Source: an uncultured Cryomorphaceae bacterium (GTDB lineage: Bacteria; Bacteroidota; Bacteroidia; Flavobacteriales_D; SKUL01). From it: a DNA stretch of 64,000 nt. Below the pieces are notes generated by a model, which searched no databases, was not told the DNA's origin, and was given only the letters and a program-made list of their open reading frames with translations. Made by a program: the position numbers and the translations under genes. The DNA is taken from contig CAZARI010000005.1 of assembly GCA_964487545.1 (NCBI GenBank), positions 25,061 to 89,060 of the forward strand. Reading direction: 5' to 3'. This document shows positions 27,096-37,460 of this stretch, piece after piece (the first letter of the stretch is position 1; each line of letters starts with the position of its first letter).

Positions 27096-28163
27096 ATGGT
27101 CTTATTAATTGTCTATCTTTTATTGGCGCTGCTGGTGTCCTTTATATGCTCTGTTGTTGAGTCGGCACTATTATCAACCCCCAACACCTACCTGCTCACC
27201 AAACAGGAAGAAAACCGGGCTTGGGTAGATGTTTTTATAGAATACAAAAAAGATATCGATCGGCCGCTATCGGCGATCCTTACCCTCAACACGATGGCGC
27301 ACACCGTTGGTGCCGCAGGAGTGGGAGCCCAGGCTACTGCCATTTTTGGCGAAGCCTATTTTGGTTTGATTTCAGTGATACTGACCCTGTTAATTCTCGT
27401 TCTCAGCGAAATCATTCCCAAAACCATTGGTGCCAGATACTGGCGGGCAATGGCGCCTTCTACACCCTACATTGTGCGCTCCATGATTGTGGTAACCTAC
27501 CCCTTGGTTTTGATGTTGGGTTGGATTACGCGGTTTTTTGCCGGTGAAGGAGAAGCTTCTACCAGCCGCGAAGAAATTGCAGCTTTGACCAGAGTCGGTG
27601 CGGCAGAGGGTATTTTTAACAAAAGCGAAAACCTCATCATCCAAAATGTGCTCATGCTGCGCAATGTGAAAGTACGCGAGATCATGACCCCGCGAATTGT
27701 GGTGTCGATGGCTCCAGAAACCACCACCATTAAAACCTTTCTCAGCGATAAACGCTACATGAATTTTTCACGAATCCCCGTGTTTCAGGGTGGCACCGAT
27801 AATATTACGGGCTATGTGCTGCGACAAGACGCCTTTGAAAAAATAACTCAAGAGGACAGCGATGCACTGACCCTGCGTGACCTGAAGCGCGACATCGTGG
27901 TCGTTCCCGATATAAAACCGGTTTTTGGAGTTTGGCAGATGTTGCTCGAACGAAAAGAACATATTGCCGCCATTGTGGATGAATACGGTGGGTTTTCGGG
28001 AATCGTCACCATGGAAGACATTATCGAAACCATTCTCGGTCTGGAAATTATCGACGAAAAAGACTCCGAGGCCGATATGCAGGAATACGCCCGCAAACGG
28101 TGGGAAACAAAACAGGCCAAGTTCAACGTGTTCAGTCAGCATGATGTGGACCGTGACGAATAG
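27096..28163 (+). CDS. CNNM/DUF21 transmembrane domain + CBS pair protein (HlyC/CorC-type Mg/Co efflux family)
   Basis: DUF21 N-terminus (LSAILTLNTMAHTVGAAGVGA..SEIIPKTIG), then a CBS pair (VREIMTPRIVV...GIVTMEDIIETILG). Confidence 0.8.
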   Translation: MVLLIVYLLLALLVSFICSVVESALLSTPNTYLLTKQEENRAWVDVFIEYKKDIDRPLSAILTLNTMAHTVGAAGVGAQATAIFGEAYFGLISVILTLLILVLSEIIPKTIGARYWRAMAPSTPYIVRSMIVVTYPLVLMLGWITRFFAGEGEASTSREEIAALTRVGAAEGIFNKSENLIIQNVLMLRNVKVREIMTPRIVVSMAPETTTIKTFLSDKRYMNFSRIPVFQGGTDNITGYVLRQDAFEKITQEDSDALTLRDLKRDIVVVPDIKPVFGVWQMLLERKEHIAAIVDEYGGFSGIVTMEDIIETILGLEIIDEKDSEADMQEYARKRWETKQAKFNVFSQHDVDRDE

Positions 28164-28269
28164 TGCGGATTTAATAAATAGAAATACTGGATTAGTTTTC
28201 CCAATAGCACAGTAATTCATAAAGTGATGCAAAATCGATGAGGTGGTGACAGGGATCGATTAATAGGAT

Positions 28270-29496
28270 TTAGTCTTTCGCTCCATAAACCTTCGTGTCC
28301 CGCAACTGCGGAGCGTTCACATCATACACCCTTCTGGTAATCATGATTTTTCCGTCAACCGGCGTAAATCGCCTAAAGCCCATTAGGTGCAGCCGATCGC
28401 GGATTTCGTAATAGCGTTTTTCTTCAATCAATAGGGTGTGTTCATCGTTGGGATGCAACTCCACACCGGGCAGATTCAGCAAGTATTCGTCGTTTCGTTC
28501 GCGTCGCATACCTTCAGATAAGTCAAGCCATTCCTTGCTTTTTTCAGTCACAATAAAAAAACCATCATCGCCCTGTGGTTGATACAGCGGCATAAATATG
28601 TTTCCGGCTTCGGGTGCTTTCACCGGTCCGTTGATGTCATCAGCGAGGTGTTCGCCTTTTGCAATCGGGTCAAAAGTGTGGTAGCCGGGTCGCATAACAA
28701 ACCGATCTGCCGGCGTAATTTCATGGTGATAAACCAGATCGTAAATTTTATGCTGACCTGAATTGGCCGCCGATAGATGTGCAAAATGCCGGTCAAAATC
28801 CGAAATCTGTTTGTCGTCAATACAACCAATCACAGATAAAATATACCAGATAAAAGCCTCCTGATTGTCCACTGAGGATGCTGCGAAATGTTCGCCTGCT
28901 TCAAAGGCTACTCCCGTCAACCCCATTTCGTTCACGTAATTCATAAAGGTGCCTTTGGTTTGCTCGTCGAATCCCACCACCGTGGGTACCGGCACCTGCA
29001 TGGCGATTCGCCGGTTGCGGATGGTGTCGCTAATGGCACAAAAAGGTGGACTTTCGGATGATGTGGTGTGTAGGTCAAAAACAAAAATTTCGCCTTTGGC
29101 CCGACCAATGACCGTGCGCAGAAGCTCAATCAACTCCTGCTGTTCCTTTTTTTCGTGTCCGCTGATTCCATCTTCCTCCGACATAAATCCCAATTTCTTT
29201 AATCGAGGGGGTATCCACCCGCGGTTCAGGTCGTTGTCGATAAAACGAACCCCCTCACGCAAAGCGCGCAGATTTCCCGAAAACGCAGCAATCAATTCAC
29301 CATTCACCGGAATGTGCTGTTCTTCGATTTTTTCCAATACGCGCTTTACGCCAAATACTCCGGAAGTTTCGTTGCCGTGTGTTCCACAAAGAAACAGGGC
29401 GGTAGCTCCTTGGTTTCCCTGCGAAATTCGCCCCAGAATGCGTTCAACTTTAATCGTTGTGTCTAATGCTTTGTGTGTTACTTGTACCATTTTCAT
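28270..29496 (-). CDS. succinylglutamate desuccinylase/aspartoacylase (AstE/AspA, M14-like) family zinc hydrolase
   Basis: Zn motif LFLCGTHGNETSG, then FVFDLHTTSS and AFEAGEH. Its 5-prime end overlaps the upstream ligase-like gene by 41-47 nt. Confidence 0.7.
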   Translation of the reverse strand: MKMVQVTHKALDTTIKVERILGRISQGNQGATALFLCGTHGNETSGVFGVKRVLEKIEEQHIPVNGELIAAFSGNLRALREGVRFIDNDLNRGWIPPRLKKLGFMSEEDGISGHEKKEQQELIELLRTVIGRAKGEIFVFDLHTTSSESPPFCAISDTIRNRRIAMQVPVPTVVGFDEQTKGTFMNYVNEMGLTGVAFEAGEHFAASSVDNQEAFIWYILSVIGCIDDKQISDFDRHFAHLSAANSGQHKIYDLVYHHEITPADRFVMRPGYHTFDPIAKGEHLADDINGPVKAPEAGNIFMPLYQPQGDDGFFIVTEKSKEWLDLSEGMRRERNDEYLLNLPGVELHPNDEHTLLIEEKRYYEIRDRLHLMGFRRFTPVDGKIMITRRVYDVNAPQLRDTKVYGAKD

Positions 29497-31420
29497 TTAT
29501 CCATTCGTGCAGCAGAAATTCGGCAACCTTCATCATGTCGTATTCGGTGACGATTCCCACCAGCTTGTTATTGTATTTAATGGGCAGACATTTGACATCT
29601 TCCCTTTTCATTATTTCAATAGCTTGCATTACAGTGGTTTCGGGACCAATGGAAAGCGGATCTTTCTGCATCACATCCTTAACAACCAGCACACTGCTAT
29701 TGGGTTGGGTGTTTTCCAGCAATTGCTGCAACAGCACCGCCCGTGTAACCATACCTTTTAATTCTCCTTTTTTGTTGGCCACCGGAATGTGTTCGAGGTT
29801 CTTTTTCATCATTCTAAAAACAGTCTGATCCCAGAGGTCATCCTCGTTGACCGAAAAAATGTCGGTGGTCATTATTTGTCCAACGGTGGAGAACACATTT
29901 ACTTTCAATTCATCCTCATCAGGCATCGTCCACTCATGCACCGGCTTTCCAATCAGTTGCCGTTTGAGCATGGCCGCGGTTAGCACCACATTTTTACTGT
30001 CGGTAGAGCGGATGTGAGCCATTTTAGACCACGCATCGAATTGCCATTGCGATCCGGTTTGCCCATTGCGCACGCGTCGTTCAATAATTTCGAGGTATTC
30101 GTCCATCTCCTCTTTTTGGATTGATGCCTTTTCTAAACCTTCACGTGCAATGGGCAGCAGCTCGATGAGTAAGAGATCATCGGCCGAAATTTTCTCTCCG
30201 TTAAGCCACCTGAAATGCGTGTCGAGTCCGTAGCGGGCGGCTTTCAGAATGTTGTTTTTAGCGTCTTCAAACTTCATTTTAGACGCGATATCGTTGTACT
30301 TTTCGGGCATTCCGTGCATGAGTCCAACCCAAAAAGCGGTATTGGCCATTTCGTCTTTGATGGTTGGGCCGGAGGGAAGCAATCGGTTTTCGATTCGTAA
30401 GTGTGGGTTGCCATCGAGCACACCGTAACACGCGCGCGTCCACCGGTAAATGGAGCTGTTAAATACATTTAGATTTCGGAGGTGGTGACCCATGTTTTCT
30501 GAATCGTTTTCACTGGGCTGTTGACCATCGTATTCGAGGAATATTTTAAACTTGGCGAGATCATCTTCAAATATCTCTATCACAGAATCTTTTACCCATT
30601 CATGTCCGAAAGGAACGCGCAGATGGGCCTCACGTAAATAATCGCTGTTTTCGCGCGTGTCGATGGCCTGCTGAAAAACGGCGATGCGCGTTTCGTGCCA
30701 CAATCGTTTGCCAAGGAGAATGGCCGAATTGGTACCGGCAGCCAGAACCGGAGCCGCTATGGCCTGAGCAAAGTTGTACTTGCCCACAAACTCGTCGGGA
30801 TTGAGTTGATAGTGAATCTGAAAACTGGTGTTGCAGGCCTCAAACATGTTCGAGAAATCGGCCGTGCTCAGGTCGTCCACTCCGCTGATGCGAATGGGAT
30901 AGTGTTTTTGCTTGAGCCACTGCATGGCAGCAATCATTGCTCGCGATCTTTCGTTTGGCGTAAGGTTGTCCAAATCGAGATCCATTTTGCGAATGGTGGG
31001 CAGAATACCGGTCAGGATCAACTCGTAGTCCTCGTTAAATGTTTTGCTTCTACGGCGTGCGGTGTCAATCGCCTGTGTTAGTTCGGCTTCCATGGCAGAA
31101 AAACAACGGCCAGTCAATACTTGCGGTGTCAGGTTAATTTCCAGATTGTATTGTGCCAGCTCGGTGGTGAATTTGGGGTCGTCAATGCCTTTCAAAAAAT
31201 CTTGAATCAACGGAATCGGACGATATCCTTCGTCGATGAAAACCAATTCTTGTTCTGCCCCGATTCGTGGTGTTTCGCGATTCAGATCACCATTCTCAAT
31301 CATCTCCTGTAGCTTTTTCAAATCCTGTAGAATCAGATTAAAAGCCCGCTTCTGATCTTCTGGTTCCGTGACGAATTTTACGCTTTTCGCGCCCATAGAC
31401 AACGTGTTATCATTTTCCAT
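29450..31420 (-). CDS. glutamate-cysteine ligase family (GCS2/carboxylate-amine ligase-like) protein fused to a C-terminal CBS pair
   Basis: RIGAEQELVFID, TTELAQYNLEINLTP, ACNTSFQIHYQL and RLWHETRIAVFQQAID resemble the gamma-glutamyl ligase fold. The C-terminal ~130 aa hold two CBS repeats (VGQIMTTDIFSV..., VKDVMQKDPLSIGPETTV...LPIKYNNKLVGIVTEYD). Confidence 0.65.
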   Translation of the reverse strand: MENDNTLSMGAKSVKFVTEPEDQKRAFNLILQDLKKLQEMIENGDLNRETPRIGAEQELVFIDEGYRPIPLIQDFLKGIDDPKFTTELAQYNLEINLTPQVLTGRCFSAMEAELTQAIDTARRRSKTFNEDYELILTGILPTIRKMDLDLDNLTPNERSRAMIAAMQWLKQKHYPIRISGVDDLSTADFSNMFEACNTSFQIHYQLNPDEFVGKYNFAQAIAAPVLAAGTNSAILLGKRLWHETRIAVFQQAIDTRENSDYLREAHLRVPFGHEWVKDSVIEIFEDDLAKFKIFLEYDGQQPSENDSENMGHHLRNLNVFNSSIYRWTRACYGVLDGNPHLRIENRLLPSGPTIKDEMANTAFWVGLMHGMPEKYNDIASKMKFEDAKNNILKAARYGLDTHFRWLNGEKISADDLLLIELLPIAREGLEKASIQKEEMDEYLEIIERRVRNGQTGSQWQFDAWSKMAHIRSTDSKNVVLTAAMLKRQLIGKPVHEWTMPDEDELKVNVFSTVGQIMTTDIFSVNEDDLWDQTVFRMMKKNLEHIPVANKKGELKGMVTRAVLLQQLLENTQPNSSVLVVKDVMQKDPLSIGPETTVMQAIEIMKREDVKCLPIKYNNKLVGIVTEYDMMKVAEFLLHEWINENGTSNTQSIRHND

Positions 31421-31616
31421 TTATCATCTAAAAGCTATGCCAATCGGTTTTTTTGGCTATGAATCAAGGTGTTAGTTGTGACGGAGGCCAGGCCTTTGCA
31501 CGGTATCTCAGCAGTAGTGGTACGTTTTGGGGAAAATTATGCGCAGTTTCGCGGTGAACAACAAAGTTTAAAAAGACCACTTGCTGTGCAACCAGTCTTT
31601 TCTTTATATTTTGTAG

Positions 31617-32690
<1,074 letters not shown>

Positions 32691-32694
32691 ACCA

Positions 32695-33756
32695 ATGGAA
32701 TGGCTGCTCATCATCCTGTGGGTGCTATCGGGTCTTGCTGTGCTGATGACCCTAACACCACTGCTCAAATGGGATGTTTGGTGGGTGCGCGTTTTTGATT
32801 TTCCACGGTTGCAAATAGCTGCGCTGCAATTAACCTTGCTGGTGGCGATGTTGTTTTTTGCCGATGATTCGACCTTGCAGTGGTGGTATATTTTGTGGTT
32901 GATGCTGGCCGCCGGCTCGGTGTATCAGATGCTCAAAATTTTCCGCTACACGCCGCTCGCTCCGGTGCAGGTCAAAAAGTTTCGCGGCTCGGCCGGAGAC
33001 AATGCCATCGCCTTATTGGTGAGCAATGTTTTGAGTTCCAATAGAAAATCCGATCTGCTGTTGCAGGCCATCCGGCGCGAAAATCCCGATCTGGTGCTCA
33101 CACTCGAGTCGGATCAGTGGTGGGAAAATCAACTCAGTGTGCTGCAAAACGAATATCCGCATTGCGTGGAAGTTCCGCTCGAAAACCGCTACGGTATGCA
33201 CCTCTATTCAAAACTCGAATTGGAAAACCCAACGGTAAAATTCTTGCTCGAAGAGGACGTTCCTTCGATTCACACACGAGTAAAACTTCGATCGGGCCGA
33301 TCCGTTCGCATGCACTGTTTACATCCAAAGCCCCCCAGTCCCACCGAAAGTAAAAGCGCCACCAATCGCGACGCCGAGTTGCTGATTGTGGCGCGAGAAG
33401 TAGAAGGACGAGAGGAGAGTATCCTCGTATTTGGCGATTTAAATGACGTGGCCTGGTCGTACACAACGCGCCTGTTTCAAAAGATCAGCAATCTGCTCGA
33501 TCCGCGTATTGGCCGTGGGTTTTTCAACACTTTTAACGCAAATCATCTGCTGTTGCGTTGGCCGCTCGACCATATTTTTCACTCGTCCGATTTTGCGCTG
33601 ATCGATATTCGACGACTCGAACATATCGGCTCCGACCATTTTCCAATTTACGCCAAACTCTGCTACCATCCGGATGTAGAAAGCCGGCACGACGAACCCG
33701 ATGCCGATCGCGAAGAGGAGCGCGAAGCCGCGGAAAAAATGGCGAAAGCAAAATGA
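32695..33756 (+). CDS. endonuclease/exonuclease/phosphatase (EEP) family protein with N-terminal TM segments
   Basis: Three N-terminal TM helices, then EEP blocks: DLVLTLESD, VFGDLNDVAWS, and LDHIFHS..IGSDHFPIY. Confidence 0.75.
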   Translation: MEWLLIILWVLSGLAVLMTLTPLLKWDVWWVRVFDFPRLQIAALQLTLLVAMLFFADDSTLQWWYILWLMLAAGSVYQMLKIFRYTPLAPVQVKKFRGSAGDNAIALLVSNVLSSNRKSDLLLQAIRRENPDLVLTLESDQWWENQLSVLQNEYPHCVEVPLENRYGMHLYSKLELENPTVKFLLEEDVPSIHTRVKLRSGRSVRMHCLHPKPPSPTESKSATNRDAELLIVAREVEGREESILVFGDLNDVAWSYTTRLFQKISNLLDPRIGRGFFNTFNANHLLLRWPLDHIFHSSDFALIDIRRLEHIGSDHFPIYAKLCYHPDVESRHDEPDADREEEREAAEKMAKAK

Positions 33757-33878
33757 TGATTTCTCACTGAAACAGCATGACCCAAAGGCTGAAATGCGTA
33801 TTTTCAGGAGATGAAACAGAAGAACAAGGTGGAAGACACCGTGGACGGCACAGCGGTGAAAATTTATTCGTGTAGCTT

Positions 33879-35030
33879 ATGAAATCAGGCTCGGAAAGTA
33901 GGGGCAGAAGATGGACGCCACCGGCCATTGCTGCTGTGGTGGGTATTGTTATGTTGCTGATTATAGGTTTGGTATATGATGTTTTTTTGAGAGATCGGGT
34001 TATCGAACTTTCCGAAGAAAAACTGTCGGAGCTGCTGAACATGAATGTGAAATTTGACCATTATGAATTTATCGATGGCGCTTCACTCGAAGTCAGTGGG
34101 CTGCACATTGAGTCGCCGTATGCAAGGGAAGATTATCAACAAGTGAACGACTACCATACCGATTGGATTAGCGCCAGAATTGGACGAATTCGTTTATCGG
34201 ATTTCAGCTACGAGCGCCTGATCAAAAACAGCGAATGTTCGGCGTCCAAGGTCATTATCGACTCGGTGACCGTGCAGGTTTATCGCGATAAAACCATTCC
34301 CAATCCGCCCTTTGTGCACAAAGAACTGCCGGCATCTCTATTGCGCGCCATTGGTGGCTCGGTGAGCGTTGATACTATTTTGATCAGCCACGTCAATATT
34401 GTGTATGAAGAGCGTACCCATCACTCCGAAAAACCCGGCAAAATTTCATTCAACAACCTCTCGGCCGAGTGCTATCACCTCACCAACGACGCCGAACGCC
34501 TGGCGCTCAACCCGTATTTTGTGATCACCGGCAGGGCTAACGTGCAGGATAAGGCACAGCTCACTGCCAACATCCGTTTTGACCTGAGCAGCGAAAATGA
34601 TGCATTTACCATGACGGCCAGCGCGCAACCTTTTGATGCGCAGATCCTCAATCCTGTGATTACAGGCGTTTTGCCTGCACGCATCACCGGTGGTGCTGTG
34701 AAAGCACTGCAAATAGAGGTTGACGCCAACGATGATCGCGCCACTGGGACTTTGGTATTTGAGTATTCGGGAATGCAGTTCGAACTGCTCGATACCGACG
34801 GCGAGTCGAAGTCGTGGCTGGTCAATTTGGCCGGCAAAGCCATGACGCGAAACGAAAATTTACGTTCCGAAAACAACTTTCGTGAGGGAGTGGTTGATTT
34901 TAGCCGCCGCAAAGACCGCTTTATCTTTAACTACTGGTGGAACAGCCTAAAAAGCGGAATTGTGGATGTGATGGTGAGCGACGCGGGAAAGTTGCTGAAA
35001 TTAGATGAGAAGGCTGCAGCCACAGATTAA
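33879..35030 (+). CDS. hypothetical N-terminally anchored beta-rich protein (possibly DUF748/AsmA-like)
   Basis: One TM helix (AIAAVVGIVMLLIIGLVY), then a ~340-aa beta-rich region. Any resemblance to AsmA/DUF748-type proteins is only an impression. Confidence 0.5.
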   Translation: MKSGSESRGRRWTPPAIAAVVGIVMLLIIGLVYDVFLRDRVIELSEEKLSELLNMNVKFDHYEFIDGASLEVSGLHIESPYAREDYQQVNDYHTDWISARIGRIRLSDFSYERLIKNSECSASKVIIDSVTVQVYRDKTIPNPPFVHKELPASLLRAIGGSVSVDTILISHVNIVYEERTHHSEKPGKISFNNLSAECYHLTNDAERLALNPYFVITGRANVQDKAQLTANIRFDLSSENDAFTMTASAQPFDAQILNPVITGVLPARITGGAVKALQIEVDANDDRATGTLVFEYSGMQFELLDTDGESKSWLVNLAGKAMTRNENLRSENNFREGVVDFSRRKDRFIFNYWWNSLKSGIVDVMVSDAGKLLKLDEKAAATD

Positions 35031-35336
35031 GCCACAAGAGATAAGTCAAACAAGCGACTTTAATAAAACTGCCAGTAAACCACGACATCAAAATCGCAGA
35101 AAACACCTTTATCGGTAATCTCGGTGGGGTGTCGTTGAGGTATTCGGGGCTAGCAGAAGTAGTGGTTTGGGGTGGGAAAGTGATGAAGGAGTAGTAAGCG
35201 CAGGGGGGTTGATCTGCCAGTACTTGGCTACCTGTAACTTTTACAAATCATCTTAAAAATGGTGTAATAGCCCTCAGGGAAAATTGCGTCAACTTTGAAT
35301 ATACAAGTTAACGTATTCATACTTAATCCTACTACG

Positions 35337-35546
35337 ATGTCAAAAACAGACCGCACTCCACGCCCTGAGGCCTCCCGTTCGGGCAGAGATCAAAAAAACC
35401 CGGACAACGATCGCAATAAGCCTGCACCAGACCGACAACAGCGCGACCGTGAGAACCCCAGAAGCGAAAAAGAAACAGAACAAGCACACAATGAAAGCAA
35501 CCGCGATCGTCAGGGGGGCGATCCGGCTTCACGACAAAGGCGATGA
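35337..35546 (+). CDS. candidate 69-aa highly charged, low-complexity protein
   Basis: MSKTDRTPRPEASRSGRDQKNPDNDRNKPAPDRQQRDRENPRSEKETEQAHNESNRDRQGGDPASRQRR. A strong terminator follows 72 nt downstream on the same strand. An antisense ORF of similar size also exists, so coding status is uncertain. Confidence 0.45.
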   Translation: MSKTDRTPRPEASRSGRDQKNPDNDRNKPAPDRQQRDRENPRSEKETEQAHNESNRDRQGGDPASRQRR

Positions 35547-35618
35547 TTACTGAGGGTTGAAAACAGTGCGCGAAATGCGCCAAACGTGGCGATTTCGCTC
35601 ACATTCTCGTCTTACATT

Positions 35619-35683
35619 AACAGCATGGTTTTACTGTATAACTGATCTCCTGGGTCAGCAGTAAAATCGTGCTGTTTTTGTTT
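35619..35683 (+). terminator. long intrinsic terminator hairpin
   Basis: AACAGCATGGTTTTACTG(35619-36) pairs with CAGTAAAATCGTGCTGTT(35659-76): 18 positions, 16 Watson-Crick pairs, one G-T wobble and one G-G mismatch. There is an inner CTGAT/GTCAG stem. It is followed by TTTTTGTTT. Confidence 0.7.
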
Positions 35684-35700
35684 ACCTCCCTAAACTGTGA

Positions 35701-35769
35701 TTTATGTAACAGCCCCCAAAATTTATATAACAGCATTTTCTTCCTTTTTCTGCATTCTTGTATAACAGC
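35701..35769 (+). promoter_or_regulatory. three direct 13-nt repeats, TTTAT(G/A)TAACAGC / CTTGTATAACAGC, upstream of the Mla operon
   Basis: Copies at 35701-13, 35722-34 (21-nt phase) and 35757-69 (35-nt phase). A fourth TAACAGC (35618-24) lies in the terminator arm. Confidence 0.5.
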
Positions 35770-35884
35770 CGCCCTCAGCAGATGCTCAGGCCTTTTTCAA
35801 TAAGCAAAAAAACAAACGCTGATTGGGGGTACGATGTAAAGCCAAATCGTAATGCACCACCAAAAAGGAGGCTGAAGCATTTTA

Positions 35885-36661
35885 ATGAAAGTAGAAACAA
35901 AAATACCAGAATCGGTCTCGGGGTTCTTCCTTGAAGTGGGCAGTATATCGCGGTTTACCTTTCGGTTTTTAACGCAATGGTACCGCCGCCCGTGGGAGCT
36001 GTCTGAAATTGTCCGGCAAGCTTATCTCATCGGCTATCAATCGCTGGGACTGGTACTCATCACCTCGTTCATTATGGGCGTAGTACTCACCATTCAGTCG
36101 CGGCCCACTTTGGCCCATTTTGGTGCAGAATCTTGGTTGCCGGGCATGGTGTCTGTGTCCATAGTTCGCGAAATTGGCCCCATCATCACAGCCCTGATCT
36201 GCGCCGGAAAAGTTGGCTCCGGCATCGGCGCCGAACTGGCATCCATGAAGGTCACCGAGCAAATCGACGCGATGGAAGTTTCCGGCATCAATCCGTTCAA
36301 ATACATTGTCAGCACCCGGGTTATCGCCGCCACACTAATGCTGCCGGTGCTGGTGGTTTTTTCTGATGCCATCGGATTGTTTGGCTCATTTGTCGGTGTT
36401 AATATTCAATCGGATATGGGCTTCCGCTTTTTCATCGCACAGGCCATGGCTGCGCTCGATTTTATAGATGTATTTCCAGCTTTTATAAAAAGCTTCTTTT
36501 TCGGTCTGGCCATAGGAATTATCTCATGCTACAAAGGATACACCTCCAATAAAGGCACCGAAGGGGTGGGGCTGGCAGCCAATTCAGCAGTTGTATTAAG
36601 CCTGTTGTGCGTTTTTATTATTGACTTGGTAGCCGTTCAATTAGCTAGTTTTTTTGAATGA
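35885..36661 (+). CDS. mlaE: MlaE family ABC transporter permease
   Basis: REIGPIITALICAGKVGSGIGAELASMKVTEQIDAMEVSGINPFKYIV is the signature MlaE/YrbE block. Confidence 0.85.
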   Translation: MKVETKIPESVSGFFLEVGSISRFTFRFLTQWYRRPWELSEIVRQAYLIGYQSLGLVLITSFIMGVVLTIQSRPTLAHFGAESWLPGMVSVSIVREIGPIITALICAGKVGSGIGAELASMKVTEQIDAMEVSGINPFKYIVSTRVIAATLMLPVLVVFSDAIGLFGSFVGVNIQSDMGFRFFIAQAMAALDFIDVFPAFIKSFFFGLAIGIISCYKGYTSNKGTEGVGLAANSAVVLSLLCVFIIDLVAVQLASFFE

Positions 36662-37439
36662 GATGATGAAAACAGAATCAGAAATAGCAAGCGCATCGAA
36701 AGCCACCAAAGTGCAGCGCGAGAAAATTGTTGAAATGAAGCAGCTCAAAAAATCGTTTGGTGACAACCACGTTTTGCGCGACATTAACCTGAACATCTAT
36801 CGCGGAGAAAACCTGGTGGTGCTTGGCCAATCGGGCACCGGAAAGTCGGTAATGATAAAATGTCTGGTTCGCCTGCTGCAACACGACGCCGGTGAGCTGC
36901 TGGTGTTTGACCAGGATGTTGCAGCGCTCGAAATGGATGAGCTCAACCAACTGCGCAAAAAACTGGGCTTTGTTTTTCAACATGCTGCCCTTTACGATTC
37001 TATGTCGGTTGAAGAAAACCTGAAATTTCCATTGCGGGATGTCGCCATGTCACCGAACGAAAAAGACCAACTGGTGTCGGAAGTACTGGCCAGTGTGAGT
37101 TTAGAAGAGGCCCGCAACCTAATGCCTGCAGAACTTTCGGGCGGAATGAGAAAACGTATCGGATTGGCGCGAACCATGATGCTCAAACCCGAATTAATGC
37201 TCTACGACGAACCAACAGCCGGCCTCGATCCGATTAATGCTAAGGAAATCAGCAAACTCATTTTAACAATCCGCCAGCAAAATAAAACCACCGGATTGAT
37301 TATCACCCACGATATCGAATGTGCTAGAATTACGTCAGACCGCATAGTTGTACTCAATGAAGGAAAAGTGGTGGCAGAGGGGACTTTTAACGAACTGGAA
37401 AAATCGAGCGATCCCTGGGTGCGGTCATTTTTTGAATAA
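36654..37439 (+). CDS. mlaF: MlaF-like ABC transporter ATP-binding protein
   Basis: Walker A GQSGTGKS, signature LSGGMRKR, and Walker B MLYDEPTAGLD. Overlaps mlaE by 8 nt. Confidence 0.85.
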   Translation: MNEMMKTESEIASASKATKVQREKIVEMKQLKKSFGDNHVLRDINLNIYRGENLVVLGQSGTGKSVMIKCLVRLLQHDAGELLVFDQDVAALEMDELNQLRKKLGFVFQHAALYDSMSVEENLKFPLRDVAMSPNEKDQLVSEVLASVSLEEARNLMPAELSGGMRKRIGLARTMMLKPELMLYDEPTAGLDPINAKEISKLILTIRQQNKTTGLIITHDIECARITSDRIVVLNEGKVVAEGTFNELEKSSDPWVRSFFE

Positions 37440-37460
37440 AGAATTAAAAATTGAAGGGTC

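Noticed and set aside
28949-29761. 270-aa ORF on the plus strand
   Set aside because: It is antisense to the AstE-like and ligase-like genes, both of which have recognisable motifs. The product is Ser/Arg/Pro/Cys-rich with no domain.
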